Shown here piece after piece: positions 47,778-60,647 of a DNA stretch of 64,000 nucleotides. The DNA is from Azolla caroliniana (taxonomy: Eukaryota > Plantae > Polypodiophyta). Location of the stretch: contig JBHGNT010000010.1 in NCBI GenBank assembly GCA_043228905.1, forward strand, positions 16,430,001-16,494,000, given 5' to 3'. The notes below the pieces were generated by a model. It was not told the DNA's origin and made no database searches. It worked only from the letters and a program-made list of their open reading frames with translations. Numbering within the stretch: position 1 is the first letter of the stretch; each line of letters begins with the position of its first letter. Position numbers and translations under genes: made by a program.

Positions 47778-49949
47778 GCGTAAGGCGATCTTCATCCTCT
47801 ATCTCTTGTTCGGTGGATTCCGGGTCGAGCGAGGTCGGAGTTGAAGTTGTCTCTGGTGCGTACCAGGATGCGGACTCCTCAAAGACGATGTCTCGACTTA
47901 CTCGAGATTTTCGAGTTGAGGGGTTGTAGCACTTGTACCCCTTTTGCTCCAGTGAGTATCCTACGAGTATACATTTCTCCGACTTCGGGTCGAGCTTTTG
48001 ACGCTTCTCATCGGGGATGTGCACGTATGCAATGGAGCCGAATATCCGAACATGTGATAGGTTCGGCTCCTTTCCGAAGAATCTTTCGTGCGGAGTGACC
48101 TCGTGCACGCCGGATGTTGTGCACCGGTTCATTAGGTAGACAACCGTATTTGCAGCTTCGGCCCAATATGACTTGGGCATATGCTTCTCGTTCATCATGG
48201 CCCACGCTACTTCGAGGATGTGCCGATTTTTGCGCTCGGCTACCCCGTTTTGTTGCGGAGTGTGTCGGCAAGTGAATTCTCGCCGAATTCCTTCATTTCG
48301 GAGATATGCCGTGAAGTCGTCCGAGAAGTACTCCTTGCCGCCATCCGATCGAAGACAACGTACATGTCAGCCCGTGGCTTTCTCGACTTCATTCTTGAAA
48401 ATTTGGAAGTGTCTGAACACTTCGCTCTTTTGCCGCATCGGGTAGATCCAAGTGTGCCTAGAGAAGTTGTCGATGAAGAGCACGTAATATCAGCATCCGC
48501 CGAATGTACCCGTCTGCGCCGGTCCCCATATGTCGGAATGGACCACGTCGAGTAGACCTCTCCTCACATTCCGCTCTTTCGGGAATGGGTGTCGGTGTTG
48601 CTTGCCGAATTGGCACGCTTCGCATAAACCTTCAATCTCCTTTTCTTTGAATGTCGGGAGTCCGATGACGACTCCTTTCGATTTCATTGCTTTGAGTTTG
48701 TTGAGATTGATGTGGCCGATTCGCTTGTGCCACAACTCTATGTCGGAGTCGGCTTTCATGCCCTTTGCGAGCATGGCCGATTTCATCTCGTGTGGGTCGA
48801 GAATGAACATTCGGCCCTCTCTTCGTCCGCGTGCGATGAGTCGGCCCTCTTTTTCGATGAAGCAACCGCCTTGATTAAATCAAACTTGCATCCCTTGCAC
48901 TACAATTTGGCCGACGGAGACCAAATTCTTCGTAATGGTGGGTACATGCAAGACATTTTTAATGTAATTTTGCTTACCTTCTTTTCCGAACGGAACATTG
49001 CCGATGTGCCGAATCGGGTGCGTAGTGTCATCTCTGGTTTCGACATAACCGGGTCGCTCTGGCTCTCTAAGTTCTCGGAACCATTCTTGATGCGATGTCA
49101 TATGGTTCGAGGCACTGGAATTGACGAACCATACGTCTTCCGGACCGGAGGCACTAGTTGAGGTAGCGGCCGACATAGAGTTTGCTCTATGTTTCATCAT
49201 GAACATTCCGCCATGGTCGGAGTTGTGCGCATACATTCCGCCACGATCTTCGTAGTCGGAATTGTGTGCACACATTCCGCCACGATCTTCGTAGTCGGAG
49301 TTGTGTGCGTAATTCGTGAGTTGTCGGCTTGTGGAAGCCGATTCACGCATCTTCTTTCGGCACTCTTCTTCGTGGTGACCAAGTTTTCCGCAATATCCGC
49401 ATTCGGTTGCTTTTTGACGACTTGGGCCGGAGTGGAAGCTCCCCCTTCTTGCGAAGGTTCCTCGTTGGCCTCCGTTTTGCAGCTGAAATTGGGAGTTGTT
49501 GTCATAGGTCGGACCTCGTCCGCCTTGTCCTTGGCCGAATCGGCCTCTCGCTCGTCCGCATCCTCTTCCTCCATTAGAGTGCGTGTAGAACATGTGGCCT
49601 TCCAACTCATTGCTCCTTGTATGCACGTGGTTTTCTTCGACCAATAGCATTGATTGGAGCTCGAAGAAGGAGGGATGATTCTTGAAAGAGAGGAATGTGA
49701 GCAAAGGGATCTTGGATGTTGTACATTCAGATGTATGGGAACCGACTCAAATAGCCAGATTCGGTAGATGTCGATACTGTCACGTTTATCGACAACTTCT
49801 CCAGGCACACCTGGATTTACCCTATGGGGCAAAAGAGCGAAGTGTTTGGAGACTTCCAAAGATTCAAAAACGAAGTCGAAAAGGCAACAAGTCGGCATGT
49901 CCGATGGATTCGATCAGACGGAGGCAAGGAGTACTTCTTGGACGATTTT

Positions 49950-52900
49950 TTTTTTCACCATAAAACATATGCTCCATTGGTATTAATAAAAAGCCCGGAG
50001 GCAGTATACAAATAGTACATAATATTGTTTCATCTCCACCAGTATATCTGAAGTGATTCTAGCATTTGTAAAAACTGTTGGGAAAAAAAACAGCCATAAA
50101 ACACAACATTGATTCCAGTGATCTGCTGCAGAAAACAAAATTTCGGGCTCTTAGAACAGAACTCCATAGAAAACTTATATTTCACATGATATTCCATGTC
50201 CTCCGTCTTTCCACTCATATGTGTCATGTGTGGAGCTGTAAGAAGATTCACCATCCCAACAGAAACAGTTGCAAACAGATCTGAACTGATTCCAACATTT
50301 GTAAAAACTGTTGGGGAGAAAAAAACAGACCATGAAAATGAAATGTATTATACTAATCTCCACCTCTCACCCCATTTGCTTCGATCCCCACAACTTATTC
50401 ACTCTCCCTTCATGATGTGCTTCGGCCCCCTCACCATCATCACTCCTAAAAACAACCAAATTGCTTCATTCAATCCACCTCCACCATCTCGCCGAATGCC
50501 ACCAATGTTCTGTGGAATTAACAACAAAATAAGTAAAAAAATTCCTCATCCCCTCATGAGCTGCTTCGATCCCCCCCACCATCATCACTCCTAAAACAGA
50601 CACATTGCTTCCTTTAGTCCACATCCACCATCTCGCCGAATACCACCAATGTCTTGTGCAATGAATAAACAAAAATGAGAAATTGTTCCTCATCCCCTCA
50701 TGATTTGCTTCGTTCCCCCGCACCATCGTCACTCCTAAAAACAGAGAAATTGCTTCAATCAAACCACATCCACCATCTCGCCGAATACCACCTTTGACCT
50801 ATACAAATAACAACAAAAACAAGTGAATAATGGTTCCTCATCCCCTCATGATTTGCTTTTGTCCCCCCCACCATCATCACTCCTAAAAACATACAAATTG
50901 CTTCAATCAATCCACATCCACCATCTCGCCGAGTACCGCCAATATCCTGTGCAATTAACAACAAACTAAGTGAACAATGATTCCTCTCCCCTCTTGATCT
51001 GCTTCAGTCCTCGCACCAACACCACTCATCCTCACACCATGACAAAGTTGCTTCAAATCCCACTGCCATCATCCCGCAACCTATGAGAACCATAATATCT
51101 GTCTTAAGTCAGCCCATATCTGGGGTATCTTGCTTCCCCTATTCCACCTCACCGATTAACGCGGCCCTGTAATCACAACAAAAAATGAGCGAAAAACCAT
51201 TCCTCGCCTTCTCATAATAATCTGCTTCAACCCCCACTCCAACATCACTCATCCTAACCACATAAAACAGAAAAACGGCTTCATCATGTCCCCATCTACC
51301 ATCTAGCTATCTCCGATTCGACAATCCTGTTACACTAACAACCAACAAACGAGTAGAAAACAAACAGAAATCCTCACCTTCTCTTAGTAATCTTCGACAA
51401 CCCCCACCAACATCAGTCATCCTAATCACAAAACAACTTAAACCTATTTCAACCTGTCCACATCCACCATGTCGATGTCTCTGATTATCACACGAAATCT
51501 GCCTCATACCACTAAAATCTTCTTATACTAGTCTGATTCAGCATCCAGAACATCATCCCATTTCCTCATATCTTCTTCTAGCATATGTAAATCTTACCTA
51601 CATTAAAATAAGCTTCCTACATGCCGCCACCGTCTCCTCCCTGTTATCTCATGTTGTTCGCTATAAGAATGGTACTGGTGGCGGGAACAACCAACGAGGT
51701 GGCACATAATTCCACCTAACCTCCGTGCCTGCATCTAACATTATAGGAATAGCTAACCAAACTCGTCGCAATCTCTTTCTTTTTCGAATGGTTGTGTTTC
51801 CATAGACTTTATACCTGTCATACTCACCTTTAACCGAATGTACTAATAAATTCCAAAAGACTTTACGTGATCCACAACGTGAATGTCTTCATCATTGTAT
51901 AACTTGGAGCACCTAGCTTTCCAAAGAACCCATAGAGACAACGAGGAGACAATCTGCCAAACATAACTCCGCGAGAAGAACTTGACTCCCTGCAAGGATC
52001 TTGAAGTAGAATATACCTGAAAACTTCTTACATATAAAAACAATGAAGAATGATTATAATGATAAAAAGCCCTTTGTTGATCCAACATTCCCCAAAAGAC
52101 TGCACCCCACGTAAAAATAGCAGACCTATACTTATGACCTAGAAGCCTAAGAATTCGACACCAATTTTTTTTTGCGGAAACACATTCCCAAAATGCATGA
52201 TGCAATGTCTCATCCACAAACCCACACATAATACATGACCGATTACTCACCGATCCCCTCAATAAATGACCTATTGGCAATGCATAATGAATCATCAACC
52301 ACCGAAAATGCAATATCTTATTCATGCATTTAATAGACCAAAACTGTTTCCAAAACATAACCATATGAGTAGATGAAACATTACCTTCCTCCCAATACTT
52401 TTTTCCAGCAGGTATCGGCTCGGTCTGCCTCAACATAAAATTCCTGCCAAACGCTACTGAATATTTGAAAAAAGGAAGGAGCTTAGTCGAAGAGTTAGAT
52501 ATGGATAATTTCCAACCATAATCTGTTGGATCCCACTGCAGGTCATCAATAGGTTTAGAGTCTAACACCGAAATATGAGATGAAAAATTAACTATTAGTG
52601 GACTAGGATCGATATATATATGTTTATCTAATCTAGCAATTACTCGCACTGGCAATTGCTTCGCAACCAACATGATTTGAGACTCCTCATCCACTAGTAT
52701 CAACCTACCATTGTCCAACACTTCATAAAAATAAATGCTACCATTTTGATCATATAACCGAGCTCCTATAAGTATATTGAGTGTCGAGAACATACCGTAC
52801 CAACTCTGAAAATGATCGAATTGCAATGTAGGCACTGTGACCTGATACACCCTGGACAATTGTGATAACATGATCTTAGCCCCTCTTAAGTTAGATAACC

Positions 52901-55461
52901 TATTACTTTGCTCCAACGTAGAGGACTGCATAAACCTTATCCAATCCGCAACCGTACGAGCTGGTCCACTATCCATTGCAGCCCATGATAACCTAGGACA
53001 TAAACCCAAAACACATGCAGCTTCATCAGTAAATAAAGGATTCCATATCAATGGTTGACGCATAAATTGATGATAGCTTTTCGGTGGCAAGAAAACAAGC
53101 GCTTGCCGAAGAGTTTCCCATGCCCGAAAAATTCCATTGAAGAAATGCAATGATCCATCATTGGATTTAGGTAGCTGGAAATCTACATTAAAGAACCATC
53201 TAAGACTATCCTTCCATTGACCACCTACCGAAGGCTTGACCTTATATAGATGTTGCATCCATAGCTTTTTCCATAACTCCTGTCCTGGCAATAAACTCCT
53301 AACAACATGTTTAGTAAGTAAAGCTTTGCTTTGCATAAATGGATCAATCAAACCTAAACCACCTTTTTGTTTAGGTTGTATTAGAATAGACCAAGCTACC
53401 TTTGCTACAGGATTGACTGACCTATTGTTCCCCCAAATAAAATTCCGTACTAAATGTTGAACTTTCAACGTTATTGACCTAGAAAACAGCCATGTAGATG
53501 CTATATACCAAATCGAGGACAACAACACCACATTAGCTACAACTACACGTCCTGCTAAAGATAATTTTTCTTTATTCCAATATACTAATTTATTTCTTAA
53601 TCTTAACAATAAGGGTGCAATCATATCTTCTGACTTTAATCCCACACCCACTCGACAACCTAAATACCTAATGGACTGACCTTGAGGTATCCATGTGAAT
53701 CCTAAAGAGGGTACATTAACTGGCGGATCTCCCGAAGCGAGCCAAAAACCTGATGACTTATCCCAATTTATCAAATTATGCACCCGATGCATCTGAGAAA
53801 TCATCCACGGCCTTTTGCACACGAAACAAATTACCATGTGAGGCCTGAACATATAAAGCTGTATCATCAACGAATTCACAATCCACATTTGCGTTTGCTA
53901 CTGGTAGTGCTAAACCTTTAATATTTACATATGGAGAATTTAAATGTACAGAGAATGCTTCGGATACTAACAAAAACAGGAAAGGAGCAAGTGGACATCC
54001 TTGGCGTACAGATCTTGAAATAAAAAAACGCCTACCAATGTCCCCTGCAAATAATAGAGAACTACTTGCATTACGATATAATGCTGAAACTCCTCGTATC
54101 CAATTACTTGGAAAACCCATCCTAACGAGTGTTCCCTCCATAAAATCCCAGTCCACTCTGTCGTAAGCTTTTTCAAAATCAAGAAATAACACCGCCAGAT
54201 CTTGCTTCTGCACTTCAGCGATGGTCACCATTTCCCAAAAGAGAATAATATTATAAAAAATACTTTGCTCTTGCAAAAAACCTGTATGGGTATCATGAAT
54301 CAACTCCGAAAGATAAGGTTGTAACCGTCTAACTATCGTTTTGCTAATATCTTATAAATAACATTCAACAATGTAATTGGTCTCCACTGGCTAAGCTCTT
54401 CTAACTGTCCACTTGTTTTAGGAATCATATAGATTAAACCCTCCTTCCATTCTTGGGGCATATTTCCAGAATCTAAAATTTGTTGATAGGCCTTAGTCAG
54501 CCCATCACCTATCAAATCCCAATACTGGATATACCATTGAACTCCCAACCCATCCACACCAGGACAAACATCCTTTGCAAGGGCTTTTACTGCTTTAAAA
54601 ACCTCTTGAGTACTTAATGGTTGTAAAAGACAACGTAAAAGATTTCCAGAAACCCTATTCTGAACCCTAGACCATATAATGTCCCTCTTAACCATATCAG
54701 CCTCAAAAAATGCTCTAGCTTTTAACAAAGCTTCATAATAATCAGAGGCTATTTGTCACATATGGCTAGGATCCGTGGTATAAGAGCCATCAGGACATCT
54801 TAATCTAGATATCCTAGCTGATGACTTATGATGATTATGCACTACAAAGAACAACTTGTTGACTTTATCTCCCGATTCTGCCCATGTGGATGATGTATTG
54901 TGATAGTTAAAATCAACAGAAATCTTTTGTAAGTCCAATATTTGATTCCCTACTTGAACCACTCGAGCACTTATATAACTCGAATGTGGTCTTCTCTCTT
55001 GCAAATGTTGCAGGGATTTCAATCCCCTACGCAACCTACCTATTTTAGTTAAAGATGCATAAAATACTTGTTTAGCCTTCCTATAAAAAAATTGTTGTGT
55101 TTCACTAATAGCCTTGTGAACACTAGATAATGCATAATCATAGGAGTAGTCATACTTATTCCAAATATTATGCACTGTAGGGGAACAATCTGGGCTAAGA
55201 AACACATGATTCAGAATTCTAAACCTTGAGTTCTTATACTGCTCCTGTAAAACTATAACTAACCGAAGCGGTGCATGATCAGAAAAGGAAAATGAAGGTA
55301 TGATTCCAATGGAACCTCCTTTGTCCCACAAAAACTTATCAACATAAAATCTATCTAACCTAGACAAATTTGCATGTGATTGTCTTCTATCTGATCTTGA
55401 ATACTCTAAGGAATCTTGTATCCTTGTAAAAGAAGACACATAAAAAACTTATCAGCATAAA
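49950..55461 (-). mobile_element. 5'-truncated L1-clade LINE with poly(A) tail and ~17-bp TSD
   Basis: ORF2 pieces 55439-51661: endonuclease SRLDRFY/SDHAPL, RT WRPITLLNVIYKILAK, LDFEKAYDRVDW, VRQGCPLAPFLF and FVDDT, and zf-RVT CIMC...ETLHHAFWEC, with several frameshifts. The T-run at 49946-49955 is the poly(A). TSD acttcttggacgatttt (49933) vs acttctcagacgatttt (55462). Confidence 0.93.
50400..51480. repeat. Tandem array of ~145-bp units in LINE 3'UTR
   Basis: ccatctcgccga recurs at 50484, 50628, 50773 and 50921, with more diverged units toward 51480. Confidence 0.85.
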
Positions 55462-58295
55462 ACTTCTCAGACGATTTTACAGTGTACCTCTAAAAGGAAG
55501 GAATTCAACGAGAATTCTCATGCCGACACACACCTTAGCAAAATGGAGTAGCCGAACGGAAAAATCAGCACATAGTAGAGGTGGCAAGGGCCATGATGAA
55601 CGAGAAAAACCTGCCAAAATCGTACTGGGCAGAAGCCGCAAACACAGTCGTGTACCTCATGAACAGGTGTACAAATCGGGGGTACATGACGTAACCCCTC
55701 ATGAGAAGTTTTTCGAAAAGAAGTCGGGCCTATCACATGTCCGGATATTCGGCTCAATTGCCTACATGCATATTCTCGACGAGAAGCAACAAAAGCTCGA
55801 CCCAAAGTCGGAAAAATGTATCCTCGTAGGGTACTCACTCGAACAAAAAGGGTACAAATGTTACAATCCTTCTACCCGAAAAGTTCAAGTAAGTCGAGAT
55901 GTCGCTTTCAACAAGTTGGCCTCCTGGTACGACCCAAAGACGACTCCAATTTTGGCTCAAGTCGACCCGGAATTGGCCGAACGAGAGATCGAAAACGAAT
56001 TTCGACTCGGACACATGTTCAAAGAAAGTCTGATTACGACAAGGCTTAGTGGACCACAGGAGCCCCCGAGTGACCAAAGCACATCTCGGTCAAGTTCGAA
56101 ACTGGACAAAGGGAAGGCCAAAATGCCAGGATACGAAGCTGTAGTTGACATCGAGTCAACTCACTCCCTTAAAGTGAGTTTGAAGGCTTGGACATTCTAA
56201 TCATCCGGAGGAATGGAGTGAAGAAAGCCTTAGACTCTGCAAACGAGAACTTCGTCGCTCCACCCGAGAGAAAAATACGGTCAGCCGATTCGGCTACAAT
56301 GAGTATATGGCATATCATTATGCTTTTATGATGAAGGTGGCGATAGTCTGAGAACCGGAAACCTTTTCTGAGGCAGCCAAAGATCCACCATGGATCGAAG
56401 CCATGAATGAAGAAATGCAGGCTTTAAGAAAAAACGAGACATGGGATCTTGTTCCCCATACTTCAAGCAAGAAAGCAATCGACTGTAGATGGATTTTCAA
56501 AGTAAAATATAATGTCGACGGCTCGGTAAATTGCTACAAGGCGCGACTCGTAACTAATGGATACGCTCAAACACACGGAGTTGAATACGAGGACACCTTT
56601 GCCCCAGTGGCAAAGATGACGACTATTCAAGCGATCATTGCACTTGCAAAACCAAAAGGATGGTACCTCCACCAGATGGACGTAAAGAATGCCTTCCTCC
56701 TAGGCGAATTAGAAGAGGAGGACTTCATGATTCAACCACTCGGTTTCAAATCAAGCAAACACCCGAAAGGAGTATGCCGACTCCAAAAGCCTTTATACGG
56801 CCTCAAGTAAGCATCCCGTGCTTGACATTCTAAGATCACCCAGTATCTGCACCAAATCTGCTTCCGAACGTCAAAATCGGACAACTCCCTATACATCCGA
56901 AACAAGTCGAACAACCCGATTGTCATCATCATGTACGTGGACGATCTGGTCATCGGAGAAAAGGATATTGTCGAGATCAATAAGGTCAAATCATTCCTAT
57001 TCGGCAGAATCGAAAAGAAAGATATGCACGAGCTCCATTACTTCCTCGGTATCGAAGTAATTCGGACACCAGTCGAGATATTGATCTTTCAATGGCACTA
57101 CATCCTCAACTTACTCTACAAGTTTGGAATGACAAAGTGCAAACTTGTGTCTACCCCTCTCGATCGAAATCTCAAACTCAATGTTGATTTGGGAATAGAC
57201 AAGTGTGAGTCGACTCAGTATCGAGAACTGATCGGTAGCCTAATCTATCTAACCATCACACGACCCGACCTCAACAATTCGGTCGGCCTACTTAACCAAT
57301 TCATGTAGAATCCTCGAAATGTTCATCTCGATTGCACTAAGAGGGTACTTAGATACATCTGTGGGACGATGGATTTCAACATCATATACAAGTCGGATAC
57401 GATCATTCAACTTGAAGGGTACACAGATGCAGATTGGGCCGACTATAAGGCTGATAGACAATCGACTTCTGGATTCGTCTTCTCCCTCGGTAGCGGAGTG
57501 ATCTGCTGGAACAACAAAAAACAACTGACAGTAGCATTGTCGAGCACAGAGGTCGAATACAGGGGCGCGTCAATCGTCGCCTACAAGGTCGTCTTGCTAA
57601 AGCGCATATTGAAGGATTCGAGTGTTCCCATCAAGGATTGATTCTCCTATACTGCGACGACATGAGCGGTATCTACCTAGCTCAGAACCCTGTGTTCCAT
57701 GCGTAGACTAAGCATATCAAAGTGCACTATCACTTCATTCGAGAACGCGTGTAGGTTGGAGATGTCAATTTACAACACATCAACATGAATCTTCAGGTAG
57801 CCGACATCTTCACAAAAGCCCTAGGGATCAACAAGTTGCAATAGTTCGCGATGAACCTTGGTCTCTCAATCACCGGTCATCCGCGCTTGAGGGGGAGTAC
57901 CGAAAAACAACAGTAATCGTCGATGTCGAACAACAGCCGATCAGTCGATCGAAGCCGACCAAAGGAGTCGAAGTACGATAACAATCGAGCAAGAGTCGAA
58001 CAAGAAGCACAAAGTAATCGAGTAGTCGAAAGCTGAACAACCGAAACAACTCGAAAGCCAAAGTTGATTCAGGCGAATCGAAGTTTTCTCGAAGATCAAA
58101 CCGAACGAACGTTTCGACATCTGGAAGTTGTGTTCGAAGGGGCGTGTTGAGAATCGAACTCAACTTCCCATAGAGACGGTGTTCACACTAGCCAATGGAC
58201 ATCATACTAGGCTAGATTTGTATTTGTTAAAAAGGGCACTTGCCCTAGATCAATTGGTATTTAAACCAACCTTTTGTAACTTAGTTACTGTTGGA

Positions 58296-59526
58296 TGTAT
58301 AAAGAATCAAGAGAAGTATTCTGTGCAGCGGAATAGATATGAACTGTGTGTGTGTATGAGAGAGAGAAAGAGAGAGTGAGAGAGACAAGGAGTAAGACAC
58401 AGAGAATACGCAAGGTAAAAGTATATTAACAAAGGAGAAAGATTAAACGTTATACAAGGTGGGAGGAGGGTGATTTATATAGTCACCCTCTCTCTTCATT
58501 AACTACAAGACTCATGGAGCATGGGGAATGTGAAAGCTCATAAGTTATGTGTCATAGAATATGATTCTATGACTCATACTAAATGCTAGAATACAAAGAG
58601 GTGACATAATGGTGACTCTTGACCGTTGGAGTGTCTATTCACTCTCAAGGCGAGTTCACACACTAGACCAAGTTGAGCTTGATTCTCAACACGCCCCCTC
58701 AAGCTCTAGTCGGGTCGTTTTCAGACGGTATCCGAAATCCGCTTTGACTTGCGTTCCGGAGTGCGCGTCGACTCGCGTCGACTTGCATTTATGCGGAGTT
58801 GCGGAATCCGTGCTCTAGCTTGCGTTGTGTGTAGTTGCGAAGTCTGTGCTTCGACTTGCGTCTTTCTTTGCGGCTTTGCGCGGTAGATCGGTTCTTCGCT
58901 GCTTCGTTGCACGGTTGCAAAATCCACGCATTATTGTGTAGTGTCTTCAGTACTCCCCCTCAAGCTGGGCAGGTCAGGGACCGTCAATCCGAGATCGGTC
59001 ATGAATTGCCATAACTTGTCAGCTCCTAAGGCTTTAGTGAAGATGTCGGTCGTTTGATGATTGGTGCTAATGTGTTGTAGGTCGACATCGCCAGCTAGAA
59101 CGCGCTCTCGGATGAAGTGTTAGTGCACTTCGATGGGCTTTGTCCCCGCGTGGAACACTAGGTTCCGAGCCAGATAGATACTGCTCATGTTGTCGAAGTA
59201 AAGGGAAGTCAGATCCTTGATGGGTACGCCTAGATCCTTGAGTATCCTTTTGAGCCATACGGCTTCACATGCGGCCATTGTCGCGCCCCTGTATTCCGCC
59301 TCTGTGCTCGAAAGAGCGACGATTGGTTGCTTTTTGCTGCTCGAGGATATTGCTTCGCTGCCGAGGGAAAAAACAAATCCGGAGGTTGATCTTCTATCGG
59401 CTTTGTAGCCGGCCCAATCAGCGTCTGTGTACCCCTCGAGTCGTATTGGGCATCACGGTCTTATAGAGGATGCCGCAATCCATTGTGCTGCTCACGTATC
59501 GTAGAACTCGCTTAGCGCATCCAAGT
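58296..59526 (-). mobile_element. Copia element D (same family as B): RNaseH fragment, PPT and 3' LTR (58296-58691)
   Basis: LTR and adjacent internal sequence closely match 44228-45520. Similarity stops abruptly near 59526. Confidence 0.92.
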
Positions 59527-60055
59527 CAACACGTTCGCGTTCACATGTGGAAGGATTGCGCATTCCACTTGTAGAATCTTCTTGCAACTATCCAAATACA
59601 TCCTCTCTACAAAAATTGGATGCACTAGTATCACATGTCCCACAACTTGATTAGAATTTGCAAATATAAAAATACATGATAGGTCTACGAGTGGAGATCA
59701 TTAGAAATCATGTAAGTTTGGACGTGTTGATAAGTTAATGTAGGCATAATAAAGTTCAACAATGGCTCAATATGTCACTAAGGTGTGACATGGGAAACAC
59801 AACGTTAAAGACTTATATTAATTTAGTAAGTTTTACAAAAATATGAGGTCTACTTGAGACCATACTAATAAAATGAGTTATAATTTATACTTTGACCCAT
59901 ACGTTCATGTATATAATTGTGGACAATGTAGGATAGTGCACTTTCGGATAATGTGATTGGAATAACTAACTTAGTAAAGTATTCAATACTTGTATTTCAC
60001 GGTTGACTTCGATTCAAGTTTCAAAAATTTTAAACGGTTTGAGGTTGACACTCTT

Positions 60056-60081
60056 GAACCGAACCGAACCGAACCGAACCG
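60056..60081. repeat. (GAACC)5 repeat upstream of p24 gene
   Basis: gaaccgaaccgaaccgaaccgaaccg visible directly. Confidence 0.85.
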
Positions 60082-60324
60082 TTGCCTGGAGGGCCATAGC
60101 TCCTCCTGCTTCGCCACAAATTTATTAGTTCAAAGATTCTGAAGTGCTTCCATTTTCTCTCCGCCTCTTTTTGTTTTCCCAAATATGTACATATATATAT
60201 ATATATAAGTTTCAAAAAAGAACCAAAAATGCACAGAGATTTGCAGAAACCGAAGCCGAAGCCGAGCCTGGATCGAAGCGGAGCCACCACCGATATACGA
60301 AGGTGCTGAGCTTCCCCTCCAGCT

Positions 60325-60616
60325 ATGGCCATGTCCATGCCCAATCTCTTCTTCTTCTTCTTCTTCTTCTTCGTCTCCCTCCTCCTGTTTGGATCCTCTG
60401 ATGCCGTCCGTTTCGTCTTGAGCAAAGAAGAGTGCTTCACAGAGAACGTTGAATACGACGGTGACTTGGTTCATGTTTCTTTCGTGGTCATCACATATGA
60501 GCACGGCTGGAATTACCAGCAGGAAACAGGCGCAATCGATCTCTCGGTAAGTAAAAGCAGATTTTTCTCTGCGGCTTTATATGTTTCTTTTCTTTTTGAT
60601 AGCGAGGACTCTGGCA

Positions 60617-60647
<31 letters not shown>

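Larger units (their letters stand above)
44228..49682 (-). mobile_element. Copia element B, 5'-truncated: partial gag-protease-integrase-RT-RNaseH, PPT and 3' LTR (44228-44651)
   Basis: CGYCGKLGHHEEEC zinc knuckle, WFVNSSASNHMT protease, LWHKRIGH, VHSDIWGP, KLDPKSEKCILVGY, QMDVKNAFLQG, YVDDL, ADWAG. The LTR has TG...CA ends and is preceded on the minus strand by AGCTTGAGGGGGCA. Confidence 0.95.
49683..58295 (+). mobile_element. Copia element C (related to B, opposite strand, decayed): integrase-RT-RNaseH, PPT and partial 3' LTR from 58145; split by a LINE
   Basis: KERNVSKGILDVVHSDVW...GGKEYF(L/S)DDF at 49685-49948 resumes as FSDDFTVYL*KEGIQREF at ~55465. It continues with KLDPKSEKC, QMDVKNAFL, YVDDL and YTDADWA, with many stops. 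GAAGGGGCG is followed by TGTTGAGAATC at 58145. Confidence 0.9.

Noticed and set aside
50400-51480. CRISPR-like array
   Set aside because: Whole units are homologous with no unique spacers, there are no cas genes, and the context is a eukaryotic LINE UTR.
44228-58691. LTRs at 44228-44651 and 58296-58691 as the two ends of one 14-kb element
   Set aside because: Both have a PPT and RNaseH on the same side, so both are 3' LTRs of separate copies; there is no PBS or shared TSD.
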